IMG/VR virus record: IMGVR_UViG_3300028625_000001
Span: 32,001 to 96,000 of that record
Length of the DNA stretch: 64,000 nucleotides
From: a virus
Reading direction: 5' to 3' (one strand)
Shown: positions 1 through 8,483 of the stretch, in pieces
How positions within the stretch are numbered: the stretch's first letter is position 1
How the letters are laid out: every line of letters starts with the position of its first letter
The notes under the pieces: model-generated
Database searches by the model: none
What the model saw: only the letters and a program-made list of their open reading frames with translations
Told to the model about the DNA's origin: nothing
Program-made: the position numbers and the translations under genes

Positions 1-43
1 TAATTCCGACACCAATTATGCCACTTACTTCATAGCCTTACAT

Positions 44-226
44 GTGGCTAAAAAAGTCATTTTAGGCAGCGACATTGAAGATTCCCAGAGAATCACTATG
101 GGTACGCTTACGGTATCTAAGGGGAGAAGAGGAGAGAAAGAAAACCTAGTTAGACAATTAGAGGATGAGATAAAGAAATTGAGCCGACAGCTTAGAGATT
201 ACGGCGCTGTCATCAAGTTCGAATAA
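44..226 (+). CDS. hypothetical small protein (GTG start)
   Basis: 60-aa ORF at the window edge with a coiled-coil-like C-terminus. No recognisable motif. Confidence 0.35.
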   Translation: MAKKVILGSDIEDSQRITMGTLTVSKGRRGEKENLVRQLEDEIKKLSRQLRDYGAVIKFE

Positions 227-238
227 GGGGGTCTTCCT

Positions 239-670
239 ATGGACGAACTACACGACGCCCTGACGGAGCTTTTTACAACCGTCTATTCATATTCTGAGAA
301 CGTCTTCAAGAGGACTCTAAAAGTCAAGTCTGCCTTCCCGCGAAGCAATTACCCTTTTGCCCGTCCTTTACCTGAGCAAACAACTATCTCTGACTTTGTA
401 GTTAAAATCCCAAAAACTGATTTTGGATATCAAAGTTTTCTCCCCGGCGGACCTCTAGTCTCCTCATCTGGTGATTCTTACATACTTATTAAAGCCTCAA
501 GCGAGCTATTTACTGATATAGATTGGGACATGGTGAAGGAAGTTTTCATTACCGATGAATGGACTGGCAAGGAAGTAAAAGAATCCACGTATGAAGTATT
601 GGAAAAACTCCCCGTGGGTACTTCCAATAACCCTGTTGGACTTATCCTTACCATAAAGAAGACGGTATGA
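239..670 (+). CDS. hypothetical virion-module protein
   Basis: ATG preceded by AAGGGGG. Stop overlaps the next start (ATGA). Sits in a tightly packed plus-strand operon. Confidence 0.55.
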   Translation: MDELHDALTELFTTVYSYSENVFKRTLKVKSAFPRSNYPFARPLPEQTTISDFVVKIPKTDFGYQSFLPGGPLVSSSGDSYILIKASSELFTDIDWDMVKEVFITDEWTGKEVKESTYEVLEKLPVGTSNNPVGLILTIKKTV

Positions 671-1356
671 AGTTTAAGGTCAAAGTAACTGAAAAGAACG
701 CGAAGAAGAATCTTGAAAAGTTTCTCTCTAAAGTCAGAGACGAAGTAAAGACCAATATCGACGAAATCCAAGACTCTTTGTTTTGGAGCATCATGGGTAT
801 TGCCGGATGGATATCTCCGAAGCCTATTTATGAGCCGGAGTTTAGATATATCTACAATAAATACCTTGACTATCTCAGAGATCAAAATGTCCAATTCTAC
901 TATAAGTCCGGCGGCGGTTTCGGGGTAGGTTGGCTTACAGTAACGGGACTGGACGATGCGACGCGGGCGAATTATCCAGTGGACGTAGCAGTCCAAATGT
1001 ATAAAGACAAAGAGATCAGAACTCTTACTTATGCCCCGGAAAGGATTGTTCCATACTGGCGCTTACTTGAATGGGGACAATACCTAGAAAAGGAAAAGAA
1101 CCTCTCTCCCAATCCGAAAGGCGAAAGTCCTAGACACACAGAAGTCTGGTATTTGCCGGTGGGGGAAATCATTTCTGGTCCAGCGTCGGGAAAACCTTTC
1201 ACTTATTTTACATATAATGTCAGAGAAAATTGGGATTCCTCAATAGTACCCCCTTACGAAGTGTTGAAAAAATTATGGTCGAAGACATATCCAGACTTTA
1301 GGCAGCTAGTCAGACAAGCTATATTGAAAAACCTGCCCCAGGCAAAGGGGGGTTGA
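667..1356 (+). CDS. hypothetical virion-module protein
   Basis: 229-aa ORF translationally coupled to its neighbours. No diagnostic motif. Confidence 0.55.
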   Translation: MKFKVKVTEKNAKKNLEKFLSKVRDEVKTNIDEIQDSLFWSIMGIAGWISPKPIYEPEFRYIYNKYLDYLRDQNVQFYYKSGGGFGVGWLTVTGLDDATRANYPVDVAVQMYKDKEIRTLTYAPERIVPYWRLLEWGQYLEKEKNLSPNPKGESPRHTEVWYLPVGEIISGPASGKPFTYFTYNVRENWDSSIVPPYEVLKKLWSKTYPDFRQLVRQAILKNLPQAKGG

Positions 1357-1357
1357 C

Positions 1358-2128
1358 ATGGCTAATTCACCGACCAAGAATCTTTTTTACTTTTTACAAT
1401 ACGAATTACTTAAGTTAAATCACTATCGGCGGGTAACAGAGCAAGCGAGACGTATAAAAACCGGAATCTGGGAAGTCTCAACCAAATTCCATTCGGTGTT
1501 TATGCAAGTAGGAGACACGGACCTATCACCAACAATAACGATCGACGGCGAAGAGTATCAAAACTTTCTACAATTAGCACCAGGCGAGTTCTCAGAAGAA
1601 TTAGGGGAGTCTCCGACGTTTCGCTATTCTCCTCTTAACGGACTTATAGAGACGTCGGCGGCGATAGACAACACCACGGAAGTCTATCTCACTTTCACCA
1701 AACCAACTTACACAGTTATAGACGGATACTTCAAATATCACGTTGACACCAACCTTCTTAGATCCATTGTTCCCTTTTATGTTGTCGGGTTCAACATGAA
1801 CAACTTCAATGCGTTCGAACTTGGCGGAGGACTGACCCGGAGCACTATGTCCGTCACGATAGAACTTGTCGCTTCTTACGGCGACCAAATTGAAGAAATG
1901 AGCAACATTTTAGGAGAACTTCTTGCTTCATCAGGGGTTTTAGAAATTGACTTAACACAAGAGCCATTGACTCAAGATCCTTCTGTGGGTTATGCGTTTG
2001 TAAATCTTGAATACGACCATAAGGTCATAGGAGGTTGGGATGTCAACCGAGTGCCGATCAGGAACGTTAGTTTCGGATACGGCGACCTCAATGCGTACAG
2101 GGCAGTCACAGAGATATTTTTGAGCTAA
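1358..2128 (+). CDS. hypothetical virion-module protein
   Basis: 256-aa ORF with RBS GGGGGG upstream, located just before the putative major structural gene. Confidence 0.55.
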   Translation: MANSPTKNLFYFLQYELLKLNHYRRVTEQARRIKTGIWEVSTKFHSVFMQVGDTDLSPTITIDGEEYQNFLQLAPGEFSEELGESPTFRYSPLNGLIETSAAIDNTTEVYLTFTKPTYTVIDGYFKYHVDTNLLRSIVPFYVVGFNMNNFNAFELGGGLTRSTMSVTIELVASYGDQIEEMSNILGELLASSGVLEIDLTQEPLTQDPSVGYAFVNLEYDHKVIGGWDVNRVPIRNVSFGYGDLNAYRAVTEIFLS

Positions 2129-2141
2129 AGGGGGAGAAACA

Positions 2142-3572
2142 ATGCCTAAAGAAGTCATTCAACAGAAGCAATTAAGGCCGTTTGTGAACGGTCATAATAT
2201 TTATCGTGCTGAAGAGAGCACCGGCTCACCGAGAATAACTGCCGCCAAGTCCGAAGAGCTCGGCGCGCCGAATATCCTTGGAGTCGATGTTGAAGAGATA
2301 AACTCTGACATAACACTCAGGATAAGAGAACAAGGTAGCCTTTATCCCTATCTTGCCATCTTTAAGGATTATTCCTACGACCTCGAAGAGGCCGCGCTTC
2401 CTACCTCACTTTCTACTCTTGATATGGTCTCAAGTTTTGCCAACTTCGTGTTCCCCGTTATCAAGAAAGAAGAAATAGGCGACCCGAAACCGACGATCTG
2501 GAGAAACTATGTCATGGATAAGGCAGGAGTTACCAGCATCGGCTGGAATTTCAACGTCGATGGTCCGAGCACGATTAACATCTCTCTTCAGGGGTCAAGC
2601 TACAAGATATTCAAAGATTCAGCCATCCTCGTGGAACGTCACGCGGCGGTGACGGCCGGAGCTGTTACGCCTGAGCAAACTCCGACGAAGGTTATTAGGG
2701 TTATAGCAGAAGGCCCAGAGGAAATAGCCGGAGAAGATATAACGGATGTTTGTTCCGTTGGCACTGGAACTATAGCAGTTGGCACGTTTAACGGAGAAAC
2801 CCCGACTATGGTTACGGTGGTATATTCTTATGAGCAAACTACCGGAGATCCCGCATTGTTTTATGGGAGAGTTCTCTCCGAGACCGTAGAGGCCGAAGGT
2901 GTCGATTCGCTTACTGTTACTCACAATGTCACCAACATCATTGGAGTCAGGACAACTGCCGGAGTAATTGTTGCCGGGCCGTGGACTATCGACTCTAAAG
3001 ACCCCAAAACCATTACCGGGGGTACGGTGGTTGCAGAAACAAGTTATGTAGTCAACTATATAACTGCGGACGAACCGGCGGGACTCCTTAGACAGGCGAC
3101 GAAAGGCAAAATCAAGATATACATGGCGGAAAGTTACGCTACGAAAGGCGGAAGACTCAGAGGGGTTTCTTCTGTAGCAGCGAATTGGGGATTAAACTCC
3201 GATAGCAGACAGGAGCTTGGAAGTGAAGATCCATATCTCACGATAGCCAACCTCCCGGCGGAAATCACCGTTGATCTATCACTTGATGAGACTGAAGACA
3301 TAGACACTTTCCTTGCCAAGATAATCGATGTCGGAGAAGACGATCCTCTTATCGACCTCAAGAACATTAACCATGACATGAATCTCTACGTTGAGGTTAT
3401 AGGTCTTGATGAATCTGGCGATGAAGAAGTTAAGTTGGTCTACAAGTTCCCGAGGCTCATGCTTACATCTACAAGTTCAAGTCTTGCCCTCGGCGGGACG
3501 GTCAACAGACCTCTCAGCTTTACTTCCGACGATGTAATAATCACGACAAACACTGAATTAAGTGGTTTATAA
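2142..3572 (+). CDS. putative major structural protein (major tail or sheath-like); function not proven
   Basis: 476-aa ORF with a strong RBS (AAGGGGGAG), followed by a strong intrinsic terminator as expected for a highly expressed structural gene. Function is inferred from position only. Confidence 0.5.
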   Translation: MPKEVIQQKQLRPFVNGHNIYRAEESTGSPRITAAKSEELGAPNILGVDVEEINSDITLRIREQGSLYPYLAIFKDYSYDLEEAALPTSLSTLDMVSSFANFVFPVIKKEEIGDPKPTIWRNYVMDKAGVTSIGWNFNVDGPSTINISLQGSSYKIFKDSAILVERHAAVTAGAVTPEQTPTKVIRVIAEGPEEIAGEDITDVCSVGTGTIAVGTFNGETPTMVTVVYSYEQTTGDPALFYGRVLSETVEAEGVDSLTVTHNVTNIIGVRTTAGVIVAGPWTIDSKDPKTITGGTVVAETSYVVNYITADEPAGLLRQATKGKIKIYMAESYATKGGRLRGVSSVAANWGLNSDSRQELGSEDPYLTIANLPAEITVDLSLDETEDIDTFLAKIIDVGEDDPLIDLKNINHDMNLYVEVIGLDESGDEEVKLVYKFPRLMLTSTSSSLALGGTVNRPLSFTSDDVIITTNTELSGL

Positions 3573-3598
3573 CGTCTCACTTTCCTTCTTATCTTATA

Positions 3599-3633
3599 GG
3601 GCTATCTATCTCGAATAGGTAGCCCCTTTTTTC
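3599..3633 (+). terminator. Rho-independent terminator
   Basis: 11-bp stem GGGCTATCTAT/ATAGGTAGCCC with a 5-nt loop, followed by CTTTTTTCT. Confidence 0.6.
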
Positions 3634-3651
3634 TAAAAAGGGGGTCTAAGC

Positions 3652-3903
3652 ATGATTGGACAAGACAAGATCCTTCACTTCATGTTTTCATTTATCATCG
3701 CTTTAGTCCTCGGTCTTTCAACCAGTTCTCCTATTCTTGGGTTTATGGGATCTCTGGGGATTGGTGGTGCGAAAGAGATTTATGATATGATCTCGCCCAC
3801 GGGCTTTGCTGAATTTGGCGACTTAATCGCCAATTCGATAGGGGCAGGAATTGCCACTATCTTATGCTATATAGCTCTAAAAGTCAATTCAGAAGCCAAA
3901 TAA
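3652..3903 (+). CDS. small integral membrane protein
   Basis: 83 aa with two or three hydrophobic Gly-rich segments. RBS is AAAGGGGG. Confidence 0.55.
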   Translation: MIGQDKILHFMFSFIIALVLGLSTSSPILGFMGSLGIGGAKEIYDMISPTGFAEFGDLIANSIGAGIATILCYIALKVNSEAK

Positions 3904-3923
3904 AAAAATTCTTTTCATATCAC

Positions 3924-3952
3924 TTGACAAATAAAAAGTCATGTGTTATATT
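3924..3952 (+). promoter_or_regulatory. sigma70-type promoter upstream of the tmRNA
   Basis: TTGACA, a 17-nt spacer, then TATATT. The -10 box ends about 44 nt before the tmRNA 5' end. Confidence 0.6.
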
Positions 3953-3995
3953 TAAGTTGTTGAAGGAAGACGGCTCATTGAAAAGTAAAAAAGTT

Positions 3996-4295
3996 GGGGA
4001 TGACAAGGTTTCGACAGGGCTGTACAAGTATTGACCTCATGCCGTCGAGAGACGTAAAACCTAAACTAAGAACTGACAACCCATTACTTGAAAGAGCGGC
4101 TGCTTAGTCGCTCCCCGTCCGAAAATTTCCTACTCTTATATCGGGTTACGGGTCATAAAGAGTAGGGCTACGAGCCCCAAGTTTGTGTAGAAGTTCTTGT
4201 TAAAAACTTCTATTCGCCTCCAAGCATAGGAAAGCATGTAAAGGGTCGGCATGGAACAGTTTTGGACCCGGGTTCGACTCCCGGCATCTCCACCA
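3996..4295 (+). ncRNA. ssrA: tmRNA (SsrA)
   Basis: 5' end is GGGGATGACAAGGTTTCGACAGGG. 3' end is GGACCCGGGTTCGACTCCCGGCATCTCCACCA (T-arm, acceptor and CCA). A candidate internal tag reading frame ends ...CCATTACTTGAAAGAGCGGCTGCTTAG (..PLLERAAA-stop). Confidence 0.85.
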
Positions 4296-4443
4296 GCTCT
4301 TTTGCCAGTGCACACCAGTAGAACGGAAAGACCTTTTTCATCAAACCTCCTTTCAAGCGGGGTCATGGTTTAGGCGGGGTTCGATTCCCCGCGGCCCCGT
4401 CAGAGTTGGACAAACTCATTACTGGCATTTCGTTTGAAAGAAC

Positions 4444-4517
4444 TGAGAGATAGTGTAATGGAAACACACTTGATTTTGGCTCAAGTGATATAGGTTCGAA
4501 TCCTATTCTCTCAGCCA
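4444..4517 (+). tRNA. tRNA-Gln (anticodon TTG), CCA encoded
   Basis: Hand fold: acceptor TGAGAGA/TCTCTCA, anticodon stem CTTGA/TCAAG with loop TTTTGGC, T-arm ATAGG-TTCGAAT-CCTAT, then discriminator G and CCA. Confidence 0.8.
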
Positions 4518-4568
4518 GTCTCATAAGAGACGACGGTGCTTGCAACTGAAACTCACCCCTAAAATAAA

Positions 4569-4647
4569 GCCGATGTCTTCTAAAAGGAAAGATAAGCTCC
4601 TGCCGTGAGAGGGGCAGAGAATGTGAGTTCGAATCTCACCATCGGCT
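4569..4647 (+). tRNA. tRNA, anticodon uncertain (possibly Gly-GCC)
   Basis: Acceptor GCCGATG/CATCGGC and T-arm GTGAG-TTCGAAT-CTCAC are clear. The anticodon region folds ambiguously. One fold gives loop CTGCCGT with a 3-bp stem and an 11-nt variable region. The other gives stem CTGCC/GGCAG with an 8-nt loop. Confidence 0.55.
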
Positions 4648-4730
4648 TTAGTTTTGTCGGCCACAAAACGTACAAACGTTTGTCTTGCAGAGCTACTTTT
4701 GTCGGGTCTTTTTACCCGGCAATTGTCGCT

Positions 4731-4772
4731 CGTCGGGGGGTGCCGGTCTTGGTGCCGACCCCCCGATATTTT
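4731..4772 (+). terminator. putative intrinsic terminator after the tRNA cluster
   Basis: TCGGGGGG...CCCCCCGA GC-rich stem followed by TATTTTTAT. Confidence 0.4.
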
Positions 4773-4787
4773 TATGGAGGAAGTGAG

Positions 4788-5480
4788 ATGCAAAAATTGA
4801 TAGTTGCGTTCGAAGGAATCGATGGTGCGGGAAAAACAACACAGATCCGAATGGCAGAGAGTTATCTTCAAGATAAGGGAGTTCTCTGTAAAAGGTTCCG
4901 AGAGCCTGGCGGCACAAAACTTGGCGAAACCTTAAGGGATATTATACTTAATAATCCTGATATAAACATCTATTCTGAGACAGCCCTATTTGCCATAGCC
5001 CGCCGGGAATTGATAGAAAATGAAGTTTGCAAAGCTGTGCAAAATGGCGAAATTATTTTACTCGATCGATCTTTCTATTCTTCTTTAGCTTACCAAGGAG
5101 TGCGTTTTGGCTATGATGGTACGTATATAGTGCGAGAAATCAATTACAGCATCCTTGGTGGATTAAAAGAATATCTTCCTACTCATATATTCTTCTTTGA
5201 CCTTTCGCCAGACATAGCCTTGGCAAGGATTGATAAAAGGGGACAACAGGCGACTCGTTTTGAAACATCTTCTGATGGGGATTATCTCAGTAAAGTTGCC
5301 GAGAAATATAAACTGGTTTTGTCCAGTTCCTGGAGTCCTATTGCCTCTGAGACTTTCTTTTTCAATGCAAACCAACCCCCTTCGACTATTTTTTTGAAAG
5401 TGAAGACCGTATTAGATTACCTTATTTTTCTACGAGAAACCGAGTTAGACCGAATACTAAAAAAGGAGGAGTCGGTGTGA
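4788..5480 (+). CDS. tmk: thymidylate kinase
   Basis: MQKLIVAFEGIDGAGKTTQ P-loop, a DRSFYSSLAYQG motif and a lid-region-like sequence. ATG 4788 follows a GGAGG RBS. The longer ORF from 4605 runs over a tRNA and is rejected. Confidence 0.85.
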   Translation: MQKLIVAFEGIDGAGKTTQIRMAESYLQDKGVLCKRFREPGGTKLGETLRDIILNNPDINIYSETALFAIARRELIENEVCKAVQNGEIILLDRSFYSSLAYQGVRFGYDGTYIVREINYSILGGLKEYLPTHIFFFDLSPDIALARIDKRGQQATRFETSSDGDYLSKVAEKYKLVLSSSWSPIASETFFFNANQPPSTIFLKVKTVLDYLIFLRETELDRILKKEESV

Positions 5481-5872
5481 CAAGAAAGAAGTTAATTCTA
5501 GTCCTTTCAGCTGTCGTAGTAGCCTTCATTATCACGGGCTGTGTGCAGATTACAGGACTTCCGAACCTAAGCGGTGCCTGGACTCTTACGATGAATCCAT
5601 ATGCTCAAGACATAGAGTTCGACATGACAGTTATCCAGGAAGAAGGTTCTTTATCCTTTGAGGCTGAGGCTGATAACCCTGCAATAATCGTGTCTGGCGG
5701 GGCAGTAACCTACAGCCCGATAAACAGAGTAGGGATGACGGTAACAGTTAATGGACATCTATACTCTCTGTTTGGGGAAGTGAAAACAGACCTACTGACT
5801 GGCTTTTTGCGAGACGGAGTTTATGGTGACGTAGTAGGCCATTGGTCTGCTACCAAAGGAGTGATGGAATGA
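5477..5872 (+). CDS. putative lipoprotein
   Basis: Signal peptide with lipobox (LSAVVVAFIITGC). GTG start overlaps the tmk stop. RBS is GGAGGAG. Confidence 0.65.
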   Translation: MTRKKLILVLSAVVVAFIITGCVQITGLPNLSGAWTLTMNPYAQDIEFDMTVIQEEGSLSFEAEADNPAIIVSGGAVTYSPINRVGMTVTVNGHLYSLFGEVKTDLLTGFLRDGVYGDVVGHWSATKGVME

Positions 5873-6492
5873 GAAAACTTGTATGTATTCTTACTCTTAT
5901 CCTGGTGGTGACATTAATCTTCGGCATAAAAATAGCTCCCTTTGTAGATGCTGACAGTTTTGGGAAGCTTGACGTGGGGGCGGAGCTCTTCCTTACCGAA
6001 GATATAGTAGACCTGTCTGTGAAAGGAGTATATGATGTTCCAGCAAAAGACCTATATCTTGACGGATTGCTCACCCTTAAAAACGACATAGGTTTTCTCA
6101 AAGTCAAAGGGAGTTATGAAACGACCGGTGCTTCACCTACGATAGGATTTTTGGCAACAACCTCACCACTAAAGCTTGATGTTTTTAGTATCTATGGAAT
6201 AGCTGGAACTGGAGATTTTAGAAACAACGATTTTGGCAACAAGGTGCTTGGGGACCTCTTGGCAGACAATAAAGCGCTCTCTGTGTTGGGGGGCGCGAAA
6301 CTAGGACTCGGTTATACGTGGTTTGATCTATCTGCTAAGTTGGAGGCTGGGTACTTTATAAAAGCTGAAGAATACCAGGTGGCTGCTATTGTTGATGGCA
6401 AGTTATTTACTCTGATTGATGTAAAAGCTAAACTTGTACTACTTCCTGAATTTTCATGGTCTGTCTTTGCGCAAACGACTTTTGAGTTCTAA
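5869..6492 (+). CDS. secreted, outer-membrane beta-barrel-like protein
   Basis: ATG 5869 overlaps the upstream stop (ATGA). It has an N-terminal signal-like segment (MRKLVCILTLILVVTLIFG), an alternating beta-strand-like pattern and a C-terminal ...TTFEF ending in Phe, as in OMP beta-signals. Confidence 0.5.
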   Translation: MRKLVCILTLILVVTLIFGIKIAPFVDADSFGKLDVGAELFLTEDIVDLSVKGVYDVPAKDLYLDGLLTLKNDIGFLKVKGSYETTGASPTIGFLATTSPLKLDVFSIYGIAGTGDFRNNDFGNKVLGDLLADNKALSVLGGAKLGLGYTWFDLSAKLEAGYFIKAEEYQVAAIVDGKLFTLIDVKAKLVLLPEFSWSVFAQTTFEF

Positions 6493-6507
6493 TTATTGAT
6501 TGAAAGT

Positions 6508-6629
6508 TGCCCCGTGGCGGAATGGTAACGCCTAGCAAAACGGTAGGTCGATACGGTGGGGGTGTCCCCGCCGTCCAAACAGCTCGGAAGAGTCTGGATT
6601 CGTTGTGGGTTCAAGTCCCACCGGGGCCG
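6508..6629 (+). tRNA. class-II (Leu-like) tRNA-like gene with an internal insertion of about 45 nt
   Basis: Leu-type D-arm GTGGCGGAATGGTAACGC, T-arm GTGGG-TTCAAGT-CCCAC and acceptor (T)GCCCCG/CGGGGC(C). The anticodon-region helix CCTAGC...GCTCGG encloses a 9-bp hairpin (ACGGTGGGG-GTGT-CCCCGCCGT). Total length is about 122 nt. Confidence 0.5.
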
Positions 6630-6637
6630 TTATATAT

Positions 6638-6715
6638 GGGTAGTTTAGGTTAAATTGGCAAACCGCTTTGGCTCATAAGCCAGAGAAGCGCGGGTTCAAA
6701 TCCCGTAACTGCCCA
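6638..6715 (+). tRNA. tRNA-Met family (anticodon CAT)
   Basis: Acceptor GGGTAGT/ACTGCCC, CTCATAA anticodon loop motif and T-arm GCGGG-TTCAAAT-CCCGT. The anticodon stem can extend to 7 bp, which would leave a 6-nt loop (unusual). Confidence 0.75.
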
Positions 6716-6720
6716 CAGAC

Positions 6721-6894
6721 TTGACGGTGGCGGAACTGGTAGACGCTATCGTGGCCTTTTGGCAACGCACAACAAAAGTGCGACCTTGCAGTTATATGAC
6801 TGTATTTGGTGGGGCTCGATGAGAAAACATCGAAAACAAACTTGCTAGAAGATAGACCCCAATCTTCGTATAGGTTCGAATCCTGTCCGTCAAG
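6721..6894 (+). tRNA. tRNA-Leu-like gene with a 91-nt internal insertion
   Basis: Perfect acceptor TTGACGG/CCGTCAA, Leu-consensus D-arm GTGGCGGAACTGGTAGACGC, long variable arm GAAGAT...ATCTTC and T-arm ATAGG-TTCGAAT-CCTGT. Helix TATCG...TGCTA brackets 91 nt (6752-6842) containing several hairpins. Confidence 0.5.
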
Positions 6895-6956
6895 TTAGTA
6901 ACTTTTCTCCTATCTAAGGAGGATTGGTCTATTTTTACAAGGGGGAGGGAACTGAA

Positions 6957-8378
6957 TTGATTGTAGAAGATTTAGTCGTTAAAGAATTATCCGTGGGCAA
7001 TTCATATTCAAAAGAAGGTGTCTTGGACAAAGACAGAGTTTTGACAGTTAGCAAGGTAAAAATCGGCGATAAGACTAGCAATGTTGAAACGATCGATGAG
7101 GAACGAAACGCTTATCTAAAGACCGTACACATTGGGACGCCGGAGTCTAGTATTGAGATCATTGACGAGGACGGCAACGTCCTTCAGAGGCTCCCGGTTG
7201 GCGCTCCGGCGATAGCCACCGCCGCTTCAACCGACTTAACAATCTCTGGTGGAGTATCTAACGGAGAACTAATCGTTATTGGCGACTCTATTATTGAAGT
7301 CAATGACACGACCGCCAGTGATGAAGGTTATGAGCTCCTTAATACTGCCGAAGGAACGAAGACACAGGCCAGCGGTGAAATTACCGTGAGTGCTGCCCCA
7401 GCACACCTCGATTATGTCCAGGTCGGGGAAGACATATACGTTATGGACCTTATTGGAGACGGAGTGAGCGCGGGGGCTATCCAGGTCGATCTTTCAGCTT
7501 TTTATGAAGCTTCAACTGCTACCCTCGCTTTTTCAGACGTAGTATCCGATGGGGAAGTTGTAGAAATCAACGGAGTTAGTTTTGAGTTTGATACCGACGG
7601 CGAGATCACCGAAGGAAATGTAAGAGTTTGGATTGGCGCAAACACCACTGCGGGCGCTGCAATTATTGCTCTCGCTTCAGTTATCAGAGGCAACACGGCT
7701 TGTGGCGTCAATGCAGTCGATGGTGACGGAGACACTTTGGTTGTTACAGCTAGAACATTAGGTACTGTCGGCGACGCCATTACTGTTTCTACCACCTGCG
7801 CGAACGCCTCCTGGGGCGTTGATGTAACCCATCTTGCAGATGGAGCCAGTGCAACTCCCGCAGAGACCATAGCGGCTATTGTGGCAGCTTCTGCCGGTGG
7901 AACGGAAGCCGTTACCATAACTGCCGGTGAAGGCGACGATGCAGGCAAATTACTTATTGCCGCAACTGCCGCTGGTGTTCTTGATGGATCTGCCGGTAAC
8001 TCATGTGTGCTTGCGGTTTCCGGGGCTGGATTTACAGCAAGCGCTTCTACTCTTGAGGGAGGCACCGACATGACGGCAGCCGAGGCTATAGCGGCCCTTG
8101 ACGGAGTAGAGCTCCCTGAAGCAACTCTTGAGGCTGGTGAAGGACTTGTGGCAGTTACAGCCAACGAAGCTGGAGTCGCGGGAAACGCGATTGAAGTCTC
8201 TACGACTATGGAAAATGCCGCCTTTGATGGTGAATACCTTGAGGGCGGCATTGACGGCGGGGAATATACGGAAGCCGATGCGAGAATTGCCAGATATGCC
8301 GACGGTTATCTATATATAGGCGAATGGGTAAACGGGGCAATGAAATGGTATGCCTGGCAGGGGACTGCCTTGAACTAA
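6957..8378 (+). CDS. Ala/Gly/Thr-rich repeat protein (possible virion decoration or fibre protein)
   Basis: Long ORF. TTG 6957 lies 7 nt after GGGGGAGGG, while the ORF-track start at 6924 has almost no RBS spacing. Internal repeats include VVTARTLGTVGDAITVSTTCANASWG and VAVTANEAGVAGNAIEVSTTMENAAFDG. GC is visibly higher than in the flanks. Confidence 0.6.
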   Translation: MIVEDLVVKELSVGNSYSKEGVLDKDRVLTVSKVKIGDKTSNVETIDEERNAYLKTVHIGTPESSIEIIDEDGNVLQRLPVGAPAIATAASTDLTISGGVSNGELIVIGDSIIEVNDTTASDEGYELLNTAEGTKTQASGEITVSAAPAHLDYVQVGEDIYVMDLIGDGVSAGAIQVDLSAFYEASTATLAFSDVVSDGEVVEINGVSFEFDTDGEITEGNVRVWIGANTTAGAAIIALASVIRGNTACGVNAVDGDGDTLVVTARTLGTVGDAITVSTTCANASWGVDVTHLADGASATPAETIAAIVAASAGGTEAVTITAGEGDDAGKLLIAATAAGVLDGSAGNSCVLAVSGAGFTASASTLEGGTDMTAAEAIAALDGVELPEATLEAGEGLVAVTANEAGVAGNAIEVSTTMENAAFDGEYLEGGIDGGEYTEADARIARYADGYLYIGEWVNGAMKWYAWQGTALN

Positions 8379-8390
8379 AGAGCAACGAGT

Positions 8391-8460
8391 AAGCGGGAAA
8401 GCTCATTGGAGAGCGCCCTAACAGATGGGGAGGTTGTGGGTCCGAATCCCGCCTCGCTTA
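8391..8460 (+). tRNA. tRNA-like gene, non-canonical (anticodon unresolved; CAG in the best hand fold)
   Basis: Acceptor AAGCGGG/CTCGCTT, D-arm GCTC-ATTGGA-GAGC and T-arm GTGGG-TCCGAAT-CCCGC. The anticodon stem has only 4 bp (CCCT/GGGG), and the loop AACAGAT has no U at position 33. Confidence 0.45.
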
Positions 8461-8483
8461 CTAGATTAGTTAGGGGGGAGAAC

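Noticed and set aside
4136-4917. Minus-strand ORFs (4136-4366, 4363-4545, 4521-4871, 4693-4917) and the plus-strand extension 4605-4787
   Set aside because: They overlap the tmRNA, tRNA genes and a terminator hairpin. The plus-strand extension precedes a well-supported tmk start at 4788.
7502-8251. A 249-aa minus-strand ORF
   Set aside because: It lies entirely antisense to the Ala/Gly-rich plus-strand gene. Its Ala/Ser/Pro-rich low-complexity translation is typical of a shadow ORF in GC-rich codon runs, and it has no RBS.
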